A stretch of 24,000 bases of DNA from Bacillus carboniphilus. Its GTDB lineage: Bacteria > Bacillota > Bacilli > Bacillales > JAIVKR01. Each line of letters begins with the position of its first letter. Position 1 is the stretch's first letter. Positions 1 through 9,282 of the stretch are shown here, one piece after another. The notes under the pieces were generated by a model that was given only the letters and a program-made list of their open reading frames with translations, searched no databases and was not told where the DNA came from. Both the position numbers and the translations under genes were made by a program. Location of the stretch: assembly GCF_020524035.2 (NCBI RefSeq), contig NZ_CP129013.1, positions 1,143,822-1,167,821 of the forward strand, read 5' to 3'.

Positions 1-244
1 TTGCGGCTAAAAATATCATGGTCGTGCCATGCATTGTCATTAATTGATTATACAAACCTGCACTAACGAAGTCATTATTAGGCTCCATTAATTGAATCCG
101 GATTAGCATCGCTTCTAATCCACCAATGAGGAAAAAGATCCCTCCTGCTACCAAGTAGAGGATGGCAATTTTTTTATGATCGACAGTCGTTAAATAATCC
201 CAAACCGTCGCTCCAAATCCTTTTTTTTGAGTTAACGTACTCAC
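1..244 (-). CDS. ctaD: cytochrome c oxidase subunit I, N-terminal part (runs off the left edge)
   Basis: Minus-strand translation from GTG at 244 gives VSTLTQKKGFGATVWDYLTTVDHKKIAILYLVAGGIFFLIGG, the conserved CoxI/CtaD N-terminus. GGGAGG lies at 252-257, 7 nt upstream. The gene follows ctaC as in B. subtilis ctaCDEF. Confidence 0.85.
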   Translation of the reverse strand, partial: MSTLTQKKGFGATVWDYLTTVDHKKIAILYLVAGGIFFLIGGLEAMLIRIQLMEPNNDFVSAGLYNQLMTMHGTTMIFLAA

Positions 245-268
245 AGTGCTACCTCCCTTTTAATGCAA

Positions 269-1342
269 TTATTCATTCTCAACGGATAAACTTTGTAAAT
301 AAGCCGTTAAAGCATCTATTTCTTTTTCATCAAGGTCTTGATAAGTTCCTGTCATTAAGTTTCCAGGTTTTATTTCACCTGGGTCTTCTAACCAAGTTTT
401 AATATTTTCTACATTATTTTCCCTAACACCTGCTACCATTTCACGGTCTGCGAAATTAGATAAGTTAGGACCTGTACTTGATTGCTCCGGAGAAATAGCG
501 TGACAACCAATACAGCCTTTATCAGTAAATAACTCCTCACCCTGCTTTGCAAGATCAGTTGTAGCACTTGCTTCGTAGTTCTGCATGTTTGAAGCCCAAG
601 CATCAAATTCATCGCGAGAAACAGCTTTAACTTTAAAATCCATTAATGCATGAGACGGACCACAAAGCTCTGCACATTTTCCATAAAAAATTTCTCCCGC
701 TTCTTCAGCTTTTTGTTGATCGAACTCAAGCCAGAACTGATTTTCGTTTTCAGTATTGGTATCCATCTTTCCTCCTGCAGATGGAATCCAAAACGAATGC
801 TTTACGTCCGTAGAAATCAGGTTAAAGTAAACTTTCTCGTCTGTCGGTACGTATAAATCTTGACTTGTAATAACTCCATATCCTGGGTATTCGAATTCCC
901 ACCAATAAAGATTGGCTGTTACATTAACAACTAGCGGATCTTTCCCGCCATTTTCTGAATCAGCAAGTGCTTCTTCCATCGGTGTAACATCAGCGAATTT
1001 GAATACATAGGAAACAACTGGTACAGCAAGGACAAGTAAAAGTAAAATAGGAATAACAGTCCAAATTATTTCTAACTTATGGCTTCCTTCTACTTGTTTA
1101 GGAATACTTTTGTCCCCTTCACGTCTTCTAAATTTCAATACAACGTAAATGAATATGATTGTCACCACTACGACTACAAAACTCATCATTAAGGTACTTA
1201 AGACCATAAGTGAGTATTGATCACTTGCGACTTCTCCCGCAGGACGAAGTGTAGACAAAAATGGCTCCCCACAGCCAGCTAGGAACAGTGCCAGCATTGC
1301 AAAGAGTGCAAGTGGACGTCCTTTTGTTAGCCACTTTTTCAT
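269..1342 (-). CDS. ctaC: cytochrome c oxidase subunit II with C-terminal cytochrome c domain (caa3-type), lipoprotein
   Basis: 357-aa ORF with lipobox LFLAGC and two TM helices. CuA site motif CAELCGPSHALM and heme c site CIGCH are present. Position is between ctaB and ctaD. Confidence 0.95.
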   Translation of the reverse strand: MKKWLTKGRPLALFAMLALFLAGCGEPFLSTLRPAGEVASDQYSLMVLSTLMMSFVVVVVTIIFIYVVLKFRRREGDKSIPKQVEGSHKLEIIWTVIPILLLLVLAVPVVSYVFKFADVTPMEEALADSENGGKDPLVVNVTANLYWWEFEYPGYGVITSQDLYVPTDEKVYFNLISTDVKHSFWIPSAGGKMDTNTENENQFWLEFDQQKAEEAGEIFYGKCAELCGPSHALMDFKVKAVSRDEFDAWASNMQNYEASATTDLAKQGEELFTDKGCIGCHAISPEQSSTGPNLSNFADREMVAGVRENNVENIKTWLEDPGEIKPGNLMTGTYQDLDEKEIDALTAYLQSLSVENE

Positions 1343-1448
1343 AGTTCAATCAAACCCCTCTTTCGATATATTCATTCTCTTAAGCAAGAACGATAAAATA
1401 ATTCTTATTTGTCGAGGAAGACCCTCAATTTATTTAAACTCTTTTATA

Positions 1449-1468
1449 GATGCTGTTTGAAAAGTCAT
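1449..1468. repeat. solo motif resembling the MITE terminus (GATGCTGTTTGAAAAGTCAT), preceded by TTATA
   Basis: 17/20 identical to the solo copy at 8727-8746. Close to the reverse-complemented right end of the MITE copies (GAGGTTGTTCAAAAAGTCC). Lies in the ctaB-ctaC intergenic region. Confidence 0.3.
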
Positions 1469-1521
1469 AAGGTAAACCAATATTGAGACTTTCCCCACGA
1501 GCTTCCATGAAGGAGTTTTTC

Positions 1522-2460
1522 CTAATTCCAATTAGCAGTAAAGATTACCATTGCTACAAAAAGTATAGTTAAATAATTTAATGAATAAACAAACATTCTT
1601 TGTGACCACTTAATATCATCTTTTGTTTTGAAACCAGATAGTGCAAGAACAATCCAGCCTATATTAAGGATCGTTGCCAAAACAATAAATCCAGTGCCTA
1701 AACTAAATAAGTAAAATGGTAAAGGCAATAAACAAATGACCCATATAGTCATCATTCTTTTCGTAACAGCAAAACCATATACAACAGGTAGCATAGGAAT
1801 GCCAGCTGCCCTGTATTCTTCAACCCGCTTCATAGCGAGTGCTAAGAAATGCGGAGGCTGCCAAAAAAACATAATTAAAAATAATACCCAAGCAACCGTA
1901 CTTAAATCTGGGTCAATAGCCGCCCACCCAATGAGAGGAGGGATGGCGCCTGGAATACTCCCAACAATGGTATTAGTAGCGTATCGCCGTTTTGTCCACA
2001 TCGTATAAACAAAAACATAAGAAAAAACGCCTACTATTCCAATAAGAGTTGCTGTTGGTGTGGTAAACATGAGTGAGACGATACCTAAAAGTATAAAAGC
2101 AATTCCTAGAGTAAGAACTTGAAAATTATTTACTTGTCCGGTCACAGTAGGACGATTCTTTGTTCGTTCCATCAATTGATCGATATCGCGATCATAATAA
2201 TTATTGATTGCACATGATCCAGCCATAATTAACGCTGAACCAACTAATGTATAAAAAACTATATGGAGATTAGATAAAAAACTAAGACCCGAAAAATACA
2301 TCGCAAGCCATATTCCTGTAAAGGTAGTAATTAAATTAGAATTAACGATTCCTATTTTAATCAAAGCCGTAAATGCTTGAACTAAACTTTTCGTTGATTT
2401 TTTTGATTGTTCTAACTGTTGGGGAATTGTTATTTCACTCCCTCCCCTAATTTGAGCCAT
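1522..2460 (-). CDS. ctaB: protoheme IX farnesyltransferase (heme O synthase)
   Basis: UbiA-family polytopic membrane protein with motifs NNYYDRDID and MERTKNRP. The ORF extends to 2502, but the ATG at 2460 (MAQIRGG...) has AAGGGGGA 9 nt upstream. Synteny ctaA/ctaB/ctaC supports the call. Confidence 0.92.
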   Translation of the reverse strand: MAQIRGGSEITIPQQLEQSKKSTKSLVQAFTALIKIGIVNSNLITTFTGIWLAMYFSGLSFLSNLHIVFYTLVGSALIMAGSCAINNYYDRDIDQLMERTKNRPTVTGQVNNFQVLTLGIAFILLGIVSLMFTTPTATLIGIVGVFSYVFVYTMWTKRRYATNTIVGSIPGAIPPLIGWAAIDPDLSTVAWVLFLIMFFWQPPHFLALAMKRVEEYRAAGIPMLPVVYGFAVTKRMMTIWVICLLPLPFYLFSLGTGFIVLATILNIGWIVLALSGFKTKDDIKWSQRMFVYSLNYLTILFVAMVIFTANWN

Positions 2461-2617
2461 AATTTTTGATCCCCCTTTTCTCTTAAAACCGACTACTTTC
2501 ATTTAAAAGTGATCGTTTCAATAACATTTCTCACATATTTTAATCTAATACTTATCATACTAGAAGTTTTAAATGAAAAAAATCCTTCATTGTTATTAAA
2601 TCATAATTTGACAAGCT

Positions 2618-2661
2618 TTTGTGAAGTTTTTATGAATAAATGTTGTCCGATTTGTGAAGTT
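2618..2661. promoter_or_regulatory. two direct copies of TTTGTGAAGTT (2618-2628, 2651-2661), candidate ResD-type boxes in the ctaA/ctaB divergent region
   Basis: Exact 11-nt direct repeat with 33-bp spacing. It resembles the TTTGTGAAT motif proposed for B. subtilis ResD (from memory). The first copy lies between a TTGACA (2608-2613) and TATGAA (2631-2636). Confidence 0.3.
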
Positions 2662-2951
2662 GGTATATTTTTCATTATGGAGTAATAAGTCCGTACGACT
2701 ATACTTCGATTATTTCAAGGTTTGAGACCTTATCACAATTCATTCACGAATTGTTCTCACCTATCTATTTCTAGCAAAATTTGAAACAAATATCAACTAT
2801 TAAAGTGAATTTTCGTATGATTGATTTCATATCTTCTCTTCATTTAACATTTAAGTTTTGAAGTTCATACTTTATTCATTGAGTTTTCCCTGAAGTTTAT
2901 GTAATATCAAGACGTGTACTGTAAGAAGGGCTCTATAAATCCTTCCTCTAA

Positions 2952-2960
2952 TGTTATACT
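2952..2960 (+). promoter_or_regulatory. extended -10 element TGTTATACT, candidate ctaA promoter
   Basis: TGnTATACT lies 44 nt upstream of the ctaA TTG start. The -35 region is weak (TCTATA). Confidence 0.35.
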
Positions 2961-3003
2961 ATAACTTTAACCCGCACATATCGCTAAAGAAGGTGAACTT
3001 AAT

Positions 3004-3906
3004 TTGAATAGAGCAGTTAAATGGTTAGCCGTTATAACAACCGTTGTCATGTTAATGGTCTTACTTGGGGGCGCCCTTGTCACAAAAACCGACTCCGGAA
3101 TGGGTTGCGGAAGATCATGGCCTCTTTGTCATGGCGAATGGATTCCTAGTAATATTTCGATTGAATTGATTATAGAATTAGCCCATAGAGTAGTCAGTGG
3201 GGTCGCAGGAATTTTAGTGTTAGCACTATCGATTACTTGCTGGTTCACTATCGGGCATATTAGGGAAACCAAGTTTTTATCCATTCTCTCATCGTTCTTT
3301 TTAATATTGCAAGCATTAATTGGAGCAGCCGCTGTGGTTTGGCAGCAATCAGACGCGATTTTAGCTCTTCATTTTGGAATATCTTTAATCTCTTTTGCTT
3401 CTGTTGTTCTATTAACTTTATTAATTTTTGAAGTAGATAAGAAATTTGATGCCACAAAGCTGAAGTTAAAGCCATTGATGAAGTTCCATATAATTGGAAT
3501 TACCATCTATAGTTATCTCGTTATCTATACCGGTGCATACGTCCGTCATAAAGAAGCAAGCTTAGCGTGTCCCAATTGGCCATTGTGTAGTGATAGGGCC
3601 AATGGTATGCCTGTCTCAAGTCATGAATGGGTACAAATGGGGCATAGACTTGCTGCTGGATTAATCTTTATATGGATTTTAATCGCAACTTTTGATGCGA
3701 TTAAAAACTACAAGAATCAACGTGTGATTTATTGGGGGTGGATTCTTGCTTTTTCTCTAGTATTTTTACAAGTATTAACTGGAGCACTGATAATTTTTAC
3801 GGGCCTAAATTTGTTTATCGCACTTTTTCATGCTTTCTTTATCTCATGTCTATTTGGTCTCTTGTCCTACTTCATTCTACTTGTCAGCAGACAAAAGAAA
3901 GCGTAA
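3004..3906 (+). CDS. ctaA: heme A synthase
   Basis: 300-aa polytopic membrane protein with paired Cys motifs ([11 protein letters not shown] and ACPNWPLC) and conserved His residues typical of CtaA/COX15. TTG start has GAAGGTG upstream. It is divergent from ctaB as in B. subtilis. Confidence 0.93.
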   Translation: MNRAVKWLAVITTVVMLMVLLGGALVTKTDSGMGCGRSWPLCHGEWIPSNISIELIIELAHRVVSGVAGILVLALSITCWFTIGHIRETKFLSILSSFFLILQALIGAAAVVWQQSDAILALHFGISLISFASVVLLTLLIFEVDKKFDATKLKLKPLMKFHIIGITIYSYLVIYTGAYVRHKEASLACPNWPLCSDRANGMPVSSHEWVQMGHRLAAGLIFIWILIATFDAIKNYKNQRVIYWGWILAFSLVFLQVLTGALIIFTGLNLFIALFHAFFISCLFGLLSYFILLVSRQKKA

Positions 3907-3946
3907 AAAAACTGTCCCCCTTTTTAAGGAAGGACAGTTTTTTTTA
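3906..3946. terminator. bidirectional rho-independent terminator between convergent ctaA and pyc
   Basis: AAAAAAACTGTCCCCC-TTTTTAAGGAA-GGACAGTTTTTTTTT: CTGTCC/GGACAG stem flanked by an A-run and a T-run. It overlaps the pyc stop codon. Confidence 0.6.
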
Positions 3947-6900
3947 TATCTTCATCTTTATTAATAAATCCCCTGTTTGAATTGATTCGCCGTTCTCAAT
4001 AAAGATATCTTCAATTTCTCCGGTATACGGGGCTTGAACAGTAGTTTCCATTTTCATAGACTCTGTTATGATTAAATGATCTCCTTTGGCTACCTTATCT
4101 CCTTTACTAACGAGAAGTTTAACAACCGTTCCTGGCATTGATGCACCAATATGCTGTTTATTACTAGGATCTGCCTTCGCCTTTGAGACAACAGTAGATT
4201 TTACATTCTCATCTTTGATGAGCACTTCCCTAGGCTGACCATTTAATTCGAAATAAAATACTCTATTTCCATCTGGTTGAGGTTCTCCAATAGAAACAAG
4301 TTTAACAATTAGTGTTTTTCCTTTTTCGATTTCTACTTCGATCTCTTCACCTAATCTCATACCGTAGAAAAAGGTGGCAGTATCTAAAACCGAAACATTA
4401 CCAAATTGATTGAATGTTTTAATGTAATCTTTAAACACTTTCGGATAAAGAGCAAAAGAGAGGAGCTCATGGTCAGTTACAGGTCTTTTAAGCATGTCGT
4501 ACAATTCATTCTTTAACAACGTGAAATCTACATCAGGCAATAATTCGCCTGGTCTGACTGTAATTTGTTCTCTTCCTTTAAGGATTACCTTTTGTAGTTT
4601 TTCTGGAAATCCTCCGTGTACTTGTCCTAAATAACCTGAGAACAGTTCAATAACTGAGTCTGGGAAGTCTAAATATTCTCCTCTTTCAAAGATATTCTCC
4701 TCATCTAAATTATTTTGGACCATAAATAAAGCCATATCTCCAACTACTTTAGAAGAAGGGGTCACTTTTACAATATCTCCAAACAGATCATTCACACGAC
4801 GATACATCTCTTTCACTTCATTCCAGCGATCACCAAGCCCAACCCCTTTTGCTTGTTGTTGAAGGTTACTATATTGTCCCCCTGGCATTTCATGCATATA
4901 AACTTCCGTATGTGGAGATTTCATCCCACTTTCAAAGTCTTGGTAATACTCTCGTACAACTCCCCAATAATGGGATAGTTGTTCAACCGCCTCGATATCT
5001 ATATTAGGTTGTCTATCTAAGCCCTTCAAGGCATAATACAATGAATTCATACTTGGTTGTGATGTCAATCCTGACATTGTACTATTAGCGACATCCAATA
5101 TATCTACTCCTGCTTCAATCGCTTTTGCATAAGTAAAAATTCCATTTCCACTTGTGTCATGAGTATGAAGATGAATAGGAATATTTACAGTTTCCTTTAA
5201 GGCTGAAATCAAATCGTAAGCTGCTTGAGGCTTTAATAAACCTGCCATGTCTTTTATCGCTAATATATGTGCACCAGAGCTCTCTAATTCTTTTGCTAAC
5301 GATGTATAGTAGTGTAAATCGTATTTTCGTCTAGACGGATCTAATATATCTCCTGTATAACATAAAGCAGCCTCTGCCACCTTACCAGAGTTTCTGACGG
5401 CATCAATAGCAAGGGTCATCCCTTTAACCCAATTCAAACTATCAAAAATTCTAAAAACATCGATCCCAGCTTGAGCAGATTTTTCAACAAACTCGTTAAT
5501 AACATTATCAGGATAGTTTTTATAACCAACTGCATTCGATGCCCTCAATAGCATTTGAAGCAAAACGTTTGGCATTTGATTACGTATTGTTAATAGGCGT
5601 TCCCAAGGGTCTTCCTTGAGAAAACGGTAGGCTACGTCATAAGTCGCTCCTCCCCACATCTCAACAGAAAAAAGGTTTGGAAGGAGTTTTGCTGTTGGTT
5701 CAGCAATACGAGTTAAATCAGTTGTCCTCACTCTAGTGGCAAGTAATGATTGATGAGCATCTCTAAAGGTCGTATCCGTTAAGAGAACTTCATCTCTATT
5801 GTTAATCCAATCAACAAGACCAGATACACCTTGCTTATCTAAAATCGATTTTGTCCCCAGTGGAAATTCATCACTTTGCACTCTTGGAATGGGTGGTTTT
5901 TCAAAAATAGGTTTACTTTTCTTCCCTATACCAGGAAATCCGTTAATAGTGACATTCCCTATATAGGAAAGCATTTTAGTTCCTCGATCCTTCGGCTGAG
6001 GAAAAATAAATAATTCCGGTGTGGCATCAATAAAAGTTGTATCGTAATTTCCTGATAAAAACTTCTCATGCTTAACGACATTTTTTAAAAAAGGAATATT
6101 TGTTTTAATTCCTCTAATTCTAAATTCTCTTAAGTTTCGCGACATTTTAGCCGCTGCCTGTTCAAACGTTAACGCCCAAGTAGAAACCTTTACTAGTAAA
6201 GAATCGTAATGTGGAGTAATAACTGCTCCTTGAAAGCTATTTCCTGTATCTAAACGAACACCAAATCCACCACTGGAACGGTACGCTAAAATCTTACCTG
6301 TATCAGGCATAAAATTATTTAAAGGATCCTCTGTCGTTACACGTGACTGTATAGCATAACCTCTCGTATAAATCTCTTCTTGTTTTGGAATTCCAACCAC
6401 GTCACTATGAAGCGAGAAACCAGAAGCAATAAGAAGTTGAGTTTGAACAATATCAATCCCTGTAATCATTTCCGTTATCGTATGCTCAACCTGGACTCTT
6501 GGATTGACTTCAATAAAATAAAATTCGTTATTTGCAACTAAAAATTCTACAGTTCCCGCATTTATATAGTTTACATTTCTCATTAACGTTACGGCAGCTT
6601 CGTTTATTTCATCTCTTAACGTTTGTGAAATGGACACACTAGGAGCAATCTCTACCACTTTTTGATGCCTGCGTTGAACAGAACAATCTCTTTCATATAA
6701 ATGAACAATCTGTCCCTCATGATCGCCAATAATTTGAACTTCTATGTGCTTCGGTTTTTCAATAAGTTTTTCTACATATACTTGATCATTTCCGAATGCT
6801 GCTTTAGCTTCCGATTTTGCCCGATCGTATGAATCAACTAAACTATTATGATCCTTTACAATTCTCATTCCACGGCCACCACCGCCTAAAGCGGCTTTAA

Positions 6901-7384
6901 TAATAAAAGGATACCCATAGTTATTTGCAAATTCTTTAACCTCTTCAATATTTGATACGGGACCTTCACTACCTGGAATCACAGGAATTCCCGCCTTCTC
7001 AGCTTGGTAACGAGCACTTACTTTATCTCCAAACATTTCTAAATGTTCTGAAGTGGGTCCAATAAAAATGATCCCTTCTTCTTCACAGCGTTTAGCAAAG
7101 GTGATATTTTCAGATAAGAAGCCATACCCAGGATGAATAGCATCAACATTATTTTGCTTTGCAATCTCAATAATTCCTTCAATATCCAGATAGGCATCTA
7201 TTGGTTTTTTCCCTTCCCCTACCAAGTAAGCTTCATCCGCTTTATAACGGTGATACGATCCTGTGTCTTCTTTTGAGTAAATAGCAACTGTTCGTAAATT
7301 TAATTCATTACAAGCTCGAAAAACTCGAATCGCTATTTCTCCTCTATTAGCGACAAGTACTTTTCTAATTTTATTTTTCCTCAT
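3944..7384 (-). CDS. pyc: pyruvate carboxylase
   Basis: 1146 aa with an N-terminal biotin carboxylase/ATP-grasp domain (GGGGRGMR), a central carboxyltransferase domain (HLHTHDTSG) and a C-terminal biotinyl domain (ESMKMET). GGAGG lies 6 nt before the ATG. Confidence 0.97.
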   Translation of the reverse strand: MRKNKIRKVLVANRGEIAIRVFRACNELNLRTVAIYSKEDTGSYHRYKADEAYLVGEGKKPIDAYLDIEGIIEIAKQNNVDAIHPGYGFLSENITFAKRCEEEGIIFIGPTSEHLEMFGDKVSARYQAEKAGIPVIPGSEGPVSNIEEVKEFANNYGYPFIIKAALGGGGRGMRIVKDHNSLVDSYDRAKSEAKAAFGNDQVYVEKLIEKPKHIEVQIIGDHEGQIVHLYERDCSVQRRHQKVVEIAPSVSISQTLRDEINEAAVTLMRNVNYINAGTVEFLVANNEFYFIEVNPRVQVEHTITEMITGIDIVQTQLLIASGFSLHSDVVGIPKQEEIYTRGYAIQSRVTTEDPLNNFMPDTGKILAYRSSGGFGVRLDTGNSFQGAVITPHYDSLLVKVSTWALTFEQAAAKMSRNLREFRIRGIKTNIPFLKNVVKHEKFLSGNYDTTFIDATPELFIFPQPKDRGTKMLSYIGNVTINGFPGIGKKSKPIFEKPPIPRVQSDEFPLGTKSILDKQGVSGLVDWINNRDEVLLTDTTFRDAHQSLLATRVRTTDLTRIAEPTAKLLPNLFSVEMWGGATYDVAYRFLKEDPWERLLTIRNQMPNVLLQMLLRASNAVGYKNYPDNVINEFVEKSAQAGIDVFRIFDSLNWVKGMTLAIDAVRNSGKVAEAALCYTGDILDPSRRKYDLHYYTSLAKELESSGAHILAIKDMAGLLKPQAAYDLISALKETVNIPIHLHTHDTSGNGIFTYAKAIEAGVDILDVANSTMSGLTSQPSMNSLYYALKGLDRQPNIDIEAVEQLSHYWGVVREYYQDFESGMKSPHTEVYMHEMPGGQYSNLQQQAKGVGLGDRWNEVKEMYRRVNDLFGDIVKVTPSSKVVGDMALFMVQNNLDEENIFERGEYLDFPDSVIELFSGYLGQVHGGFPEKLQKVILKGREQITVRPGELLPDVDFTLLKNELYDMLKRPVTDHELLSFALYPKVFKDYIKTFNQFGNVSVLDTATFFYGMRLGEEIEVEIEKGKTLIVKLVSIGEPQPDGNRVFYFELNGQPREVLIKDENVKSTVVSKAKADPSNKQHIGASMPGTVVKLLVSKGDKVAKGDHLIITESMKMETTVQAPYTGEIEDIFIENGESIQTGDLLIKMKI

Positions 7385-7403
7385 CGTATTCCTCCATAAA
7401 AAA

Positions 7404-7436
7404 ATTAGTATAACCTATTTCACATTAGTATAACAT
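7404..7436 (-). promoter_or_regulatory. tandem -10-like repeats upstream of pyc (ATTAGTATAAC x2 on plus; ATGTTATACTAAT and GGTTATACTAAT on minus)
   Basis: 11-nt direct repeat at 7404-7414 and 7424-7434. The distal copy forms an extended -10 (TGTTATACT, 7427-7435 minus) 43 nt from the pyc ATG, the same motif and distance as at ctaA. Confidence 0.35.
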
Positions 7437-7446
7437 TATCATTGTG

Positions 7447-8619
7447 CTAATTTGCATCTTTTGTTGAATTATGTGAAAAAGCTTCTTTATAATTGACAAA
7501 CATCGAGATATTTACAAGTAAGCCCATTGAGAGAAGAAGTGTTAGTAAAGAAGATCCACCATAACTTATGAATGGAAATGTGACACCCGTAATAGGAATT
7601 AACCCTGTTAATCCCCCAAGATTTATAGAAGCTTGTATCGCCAACATACTAGAAATTCCAACAGCTAAAAGCGTACCAAAAGGATCTTTACACCTTTTCG
7701 CAACATTAAATCCTTTAAAAATTATCATTCCTAATAAACCAATCACAATCATAATACCAATAATCCCTAATTCTTCAGCGACAATAGCCATAATAAAGTC
7801 TGTATGGGCTTCAGGTAAATAACCATACTTTTGCATTCCTTCACCTAAACCTAATCCTGTTAATTCCCCATTATTAATCGCAATGTATGAGTTTACTAGT
7901 TGATAGCCACTCCCTTGCTCATCAGCAAAGGGATCAGTGAAAGAAGTGAATCTAGCCATCCTTGTATCTGTAAAAATATCATCATGATTCCACAAGATTA
8001 CAGGACTAAGGATCATAAATGTAAAAAGAGCTAATACAGAAAGTTTAAACATACTTTTCCCATTCATACCTGAGCAGAAAACAATACAAATAGCGATAAA
8101 AGCAATAATAGAAGCCGTTCCAATATCCGGCTGTAGTATGATGAGTATACAAATAATACATGTAAAGATAATGGGCGGTAATAAGCCTTTTCCGACCTTA
8201 TTTATGTAAGAGTGTTTCTTTTCATAAACGGCCGCTAAATAAATTATAATGCCCAGTTTGATAAACTCTGAGGGCTGAAGTTGGAAATTTCCAATTTCAA
8301 TCCAGCTTTGTGCATTATTTTTAGCTTCCCCAAAGGCTAATACGGCAATCAACATAATAATGGAACCAAAGAAAATCAGTTGCTGAATTTTACTACTTAA
8401 CCATAAACGGTAAGGTAACAAAGCAAACACGAAAAAAACGAATAAACCAATTAATAAAAAAATTATCTGCCTTTGAAAGAAAAAACTCGGTGTAAGGTCA
8501 TACTTTGTAACAGCGGTTACCATACTAGAGCTATAAATCATCACCACTCCAAAACCACATAAAGCAAGAACCGAAACTATTAACAAAAAATCATATGATT
8601 TCACTATTTTCTTCATCAT
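7447..8619 (-). CDS. ftsW: SEDS-family cell-division protein FtsW (FtsW/RodA/SpoVE family)
   Basis: 390-aa, roughly 10-TM protein with SEDS motifs (QPSEFIKL, LPEAHTDFI, GGSS). Its position between ylaN and pyc matches B. subtilis ftsW (ylaO). Confidence 0.85.
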   Translation of the reverse strand: MMKKIVKSYDFLLIVSVLALCGFGVVMIYSSSMVTAVTKYDLTPSFFFQRQIIFLLIGLFVFFVFALLPYRLWLSSKIQQLIFFGSIIMLIAVLAFGEAKNNAQSWIEIGNFQLQPSEFIKLGIIIYLAAVYEKKHSYINKVGKGLLPPIIFTCIICILIILQPDIGTASIIAFIAICIVFCSGMNGKSMFKLSVLALFTFMILSPVILWNHDDIFTDTRMARFTSFTDPFADEQGSGYQLVNSYIAINNGELTGLGLGEGMQKYGYLPEAHTDFIMAIVAEELGIIGIMIVIGLLGMIIFKGFNVAKRCKDPFGTLLAVGISSMLAIQASINLGGLTGLIPITGVTFPFISYGGSSLLTLLLSMGLLVNISMFVNYKEAFSHNSTKDAN

Positions 8620-8726
8620 TTCAATCTTCCTTACTCAACCTTTTTGTTTTATTGTACTATAAGGAGAGATTATAAATCTATCTAGCTATGAAAGGTTGTC
8701 CAAAAACTCTTCTATAACTTTTATTA

Positions 8727-8746
8727 GAGGTTGTTTAAAAAGTCAT
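8727..8746. repeat. solo MITE terminus (GAGGTTGTTTAAAAAGTCAT)
   Basis: The first 18 nt are identical to the reverse complement of the right end of the copy at 19894-20047 (GAGGTTGTTTAAAAAGTC). It is preceded by TTATTA. No partner end is detectable nearby. Confidence 0.4.
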
Positions 8747-8876
8747 TGGCTCCTTAGAAACCTAAAATATATTTTACCAAAAAAATAATGAGATGAAAAG
8801 TTATCGTCAGAATATTAAGTATTTATTAAATATTAGTGGTCCATTCAAAAATGTTCATTCCTAGTGATAACAGTAT

Positions 8877-8907
8877 AAAAAAACCCAAACTAGTTTATCA
8901 GTTTGAG
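8877..8907 (-). terminator. weak terminator-like hairpin after ylaN
   Basis: On the minus strand: CAAACT-8 nt-AGTTTG followed by GG and T7. The stem is AT-rich and only 6 bp, so support is modest. Confidence 0.3.
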
Positions 8908-8917
8908 TTAGTTCTGT

Positions 8918-9199
8918 TTATTTTCTTGTAAATGCCTCATGTAGCGAAGATAATTCTTGTTCTAATGACGAGATAATTGACTTTCCTTCCTCTTCTGCAA
9001 TTAACCCTAGTCTTACAGCAAAGTCAATCTCTCTAGATAAACCAAACATTTGGGTATCAAGAACTTCCTCATATAAAGGACATTGAGGCATTGTTAGATT
9101 ATCCATCTGTACCTGTATTAACTTCATTATTTTATCTGCATCTGCTCTTAACAGAGCATAAGCTTTTTCACGGTGATTGATTGCAATATCTGAAGTCAA
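8918..9199 (-). CDS. ylaN: UPF0358 protein YlaN
   Basis: 93-aa helical protein. Its position between glsA (ylaM) and ftsW matches the B. subtilis ylaN locus. Sequence recognition is from memory only. Confidence 0.8.
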   Translation of the reverse strand: MTSDIAINHREKAYALLRADADKIMKLIQVQMDNLTMPQCPLYEEVLDTQMFGLSREIDFAVRLGLIAEEEGKSIISSLEQELSSLHEAFTRK

Positions 9200-9282
9200 A
9201 AGAATCCCTCCGTTCCCCCGGGCGATTACCTAACCTATCTCTTAATATTAAATGCAAAAATCAAAAAATGCAAGATAGATCA

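Noticed and set aside
650-3475. Track ORFs 650-856 (+), 1736-2008 (+) and 3260-3475 (-)
   Set aside because: Each is antisense and fully nested within a strongly supported gene (ctaC, ctaB, ctaA), lacks an RBS, and has a low-complexity translation.
3732-3980. 82-aa plus-strand ORF overlapping the ctaA 3' end and the terminator
   Set aside because: It is an alternative frame of ctaA running through the terminator into the pyc 3' end. No RBS is present. It is a frame artefact.
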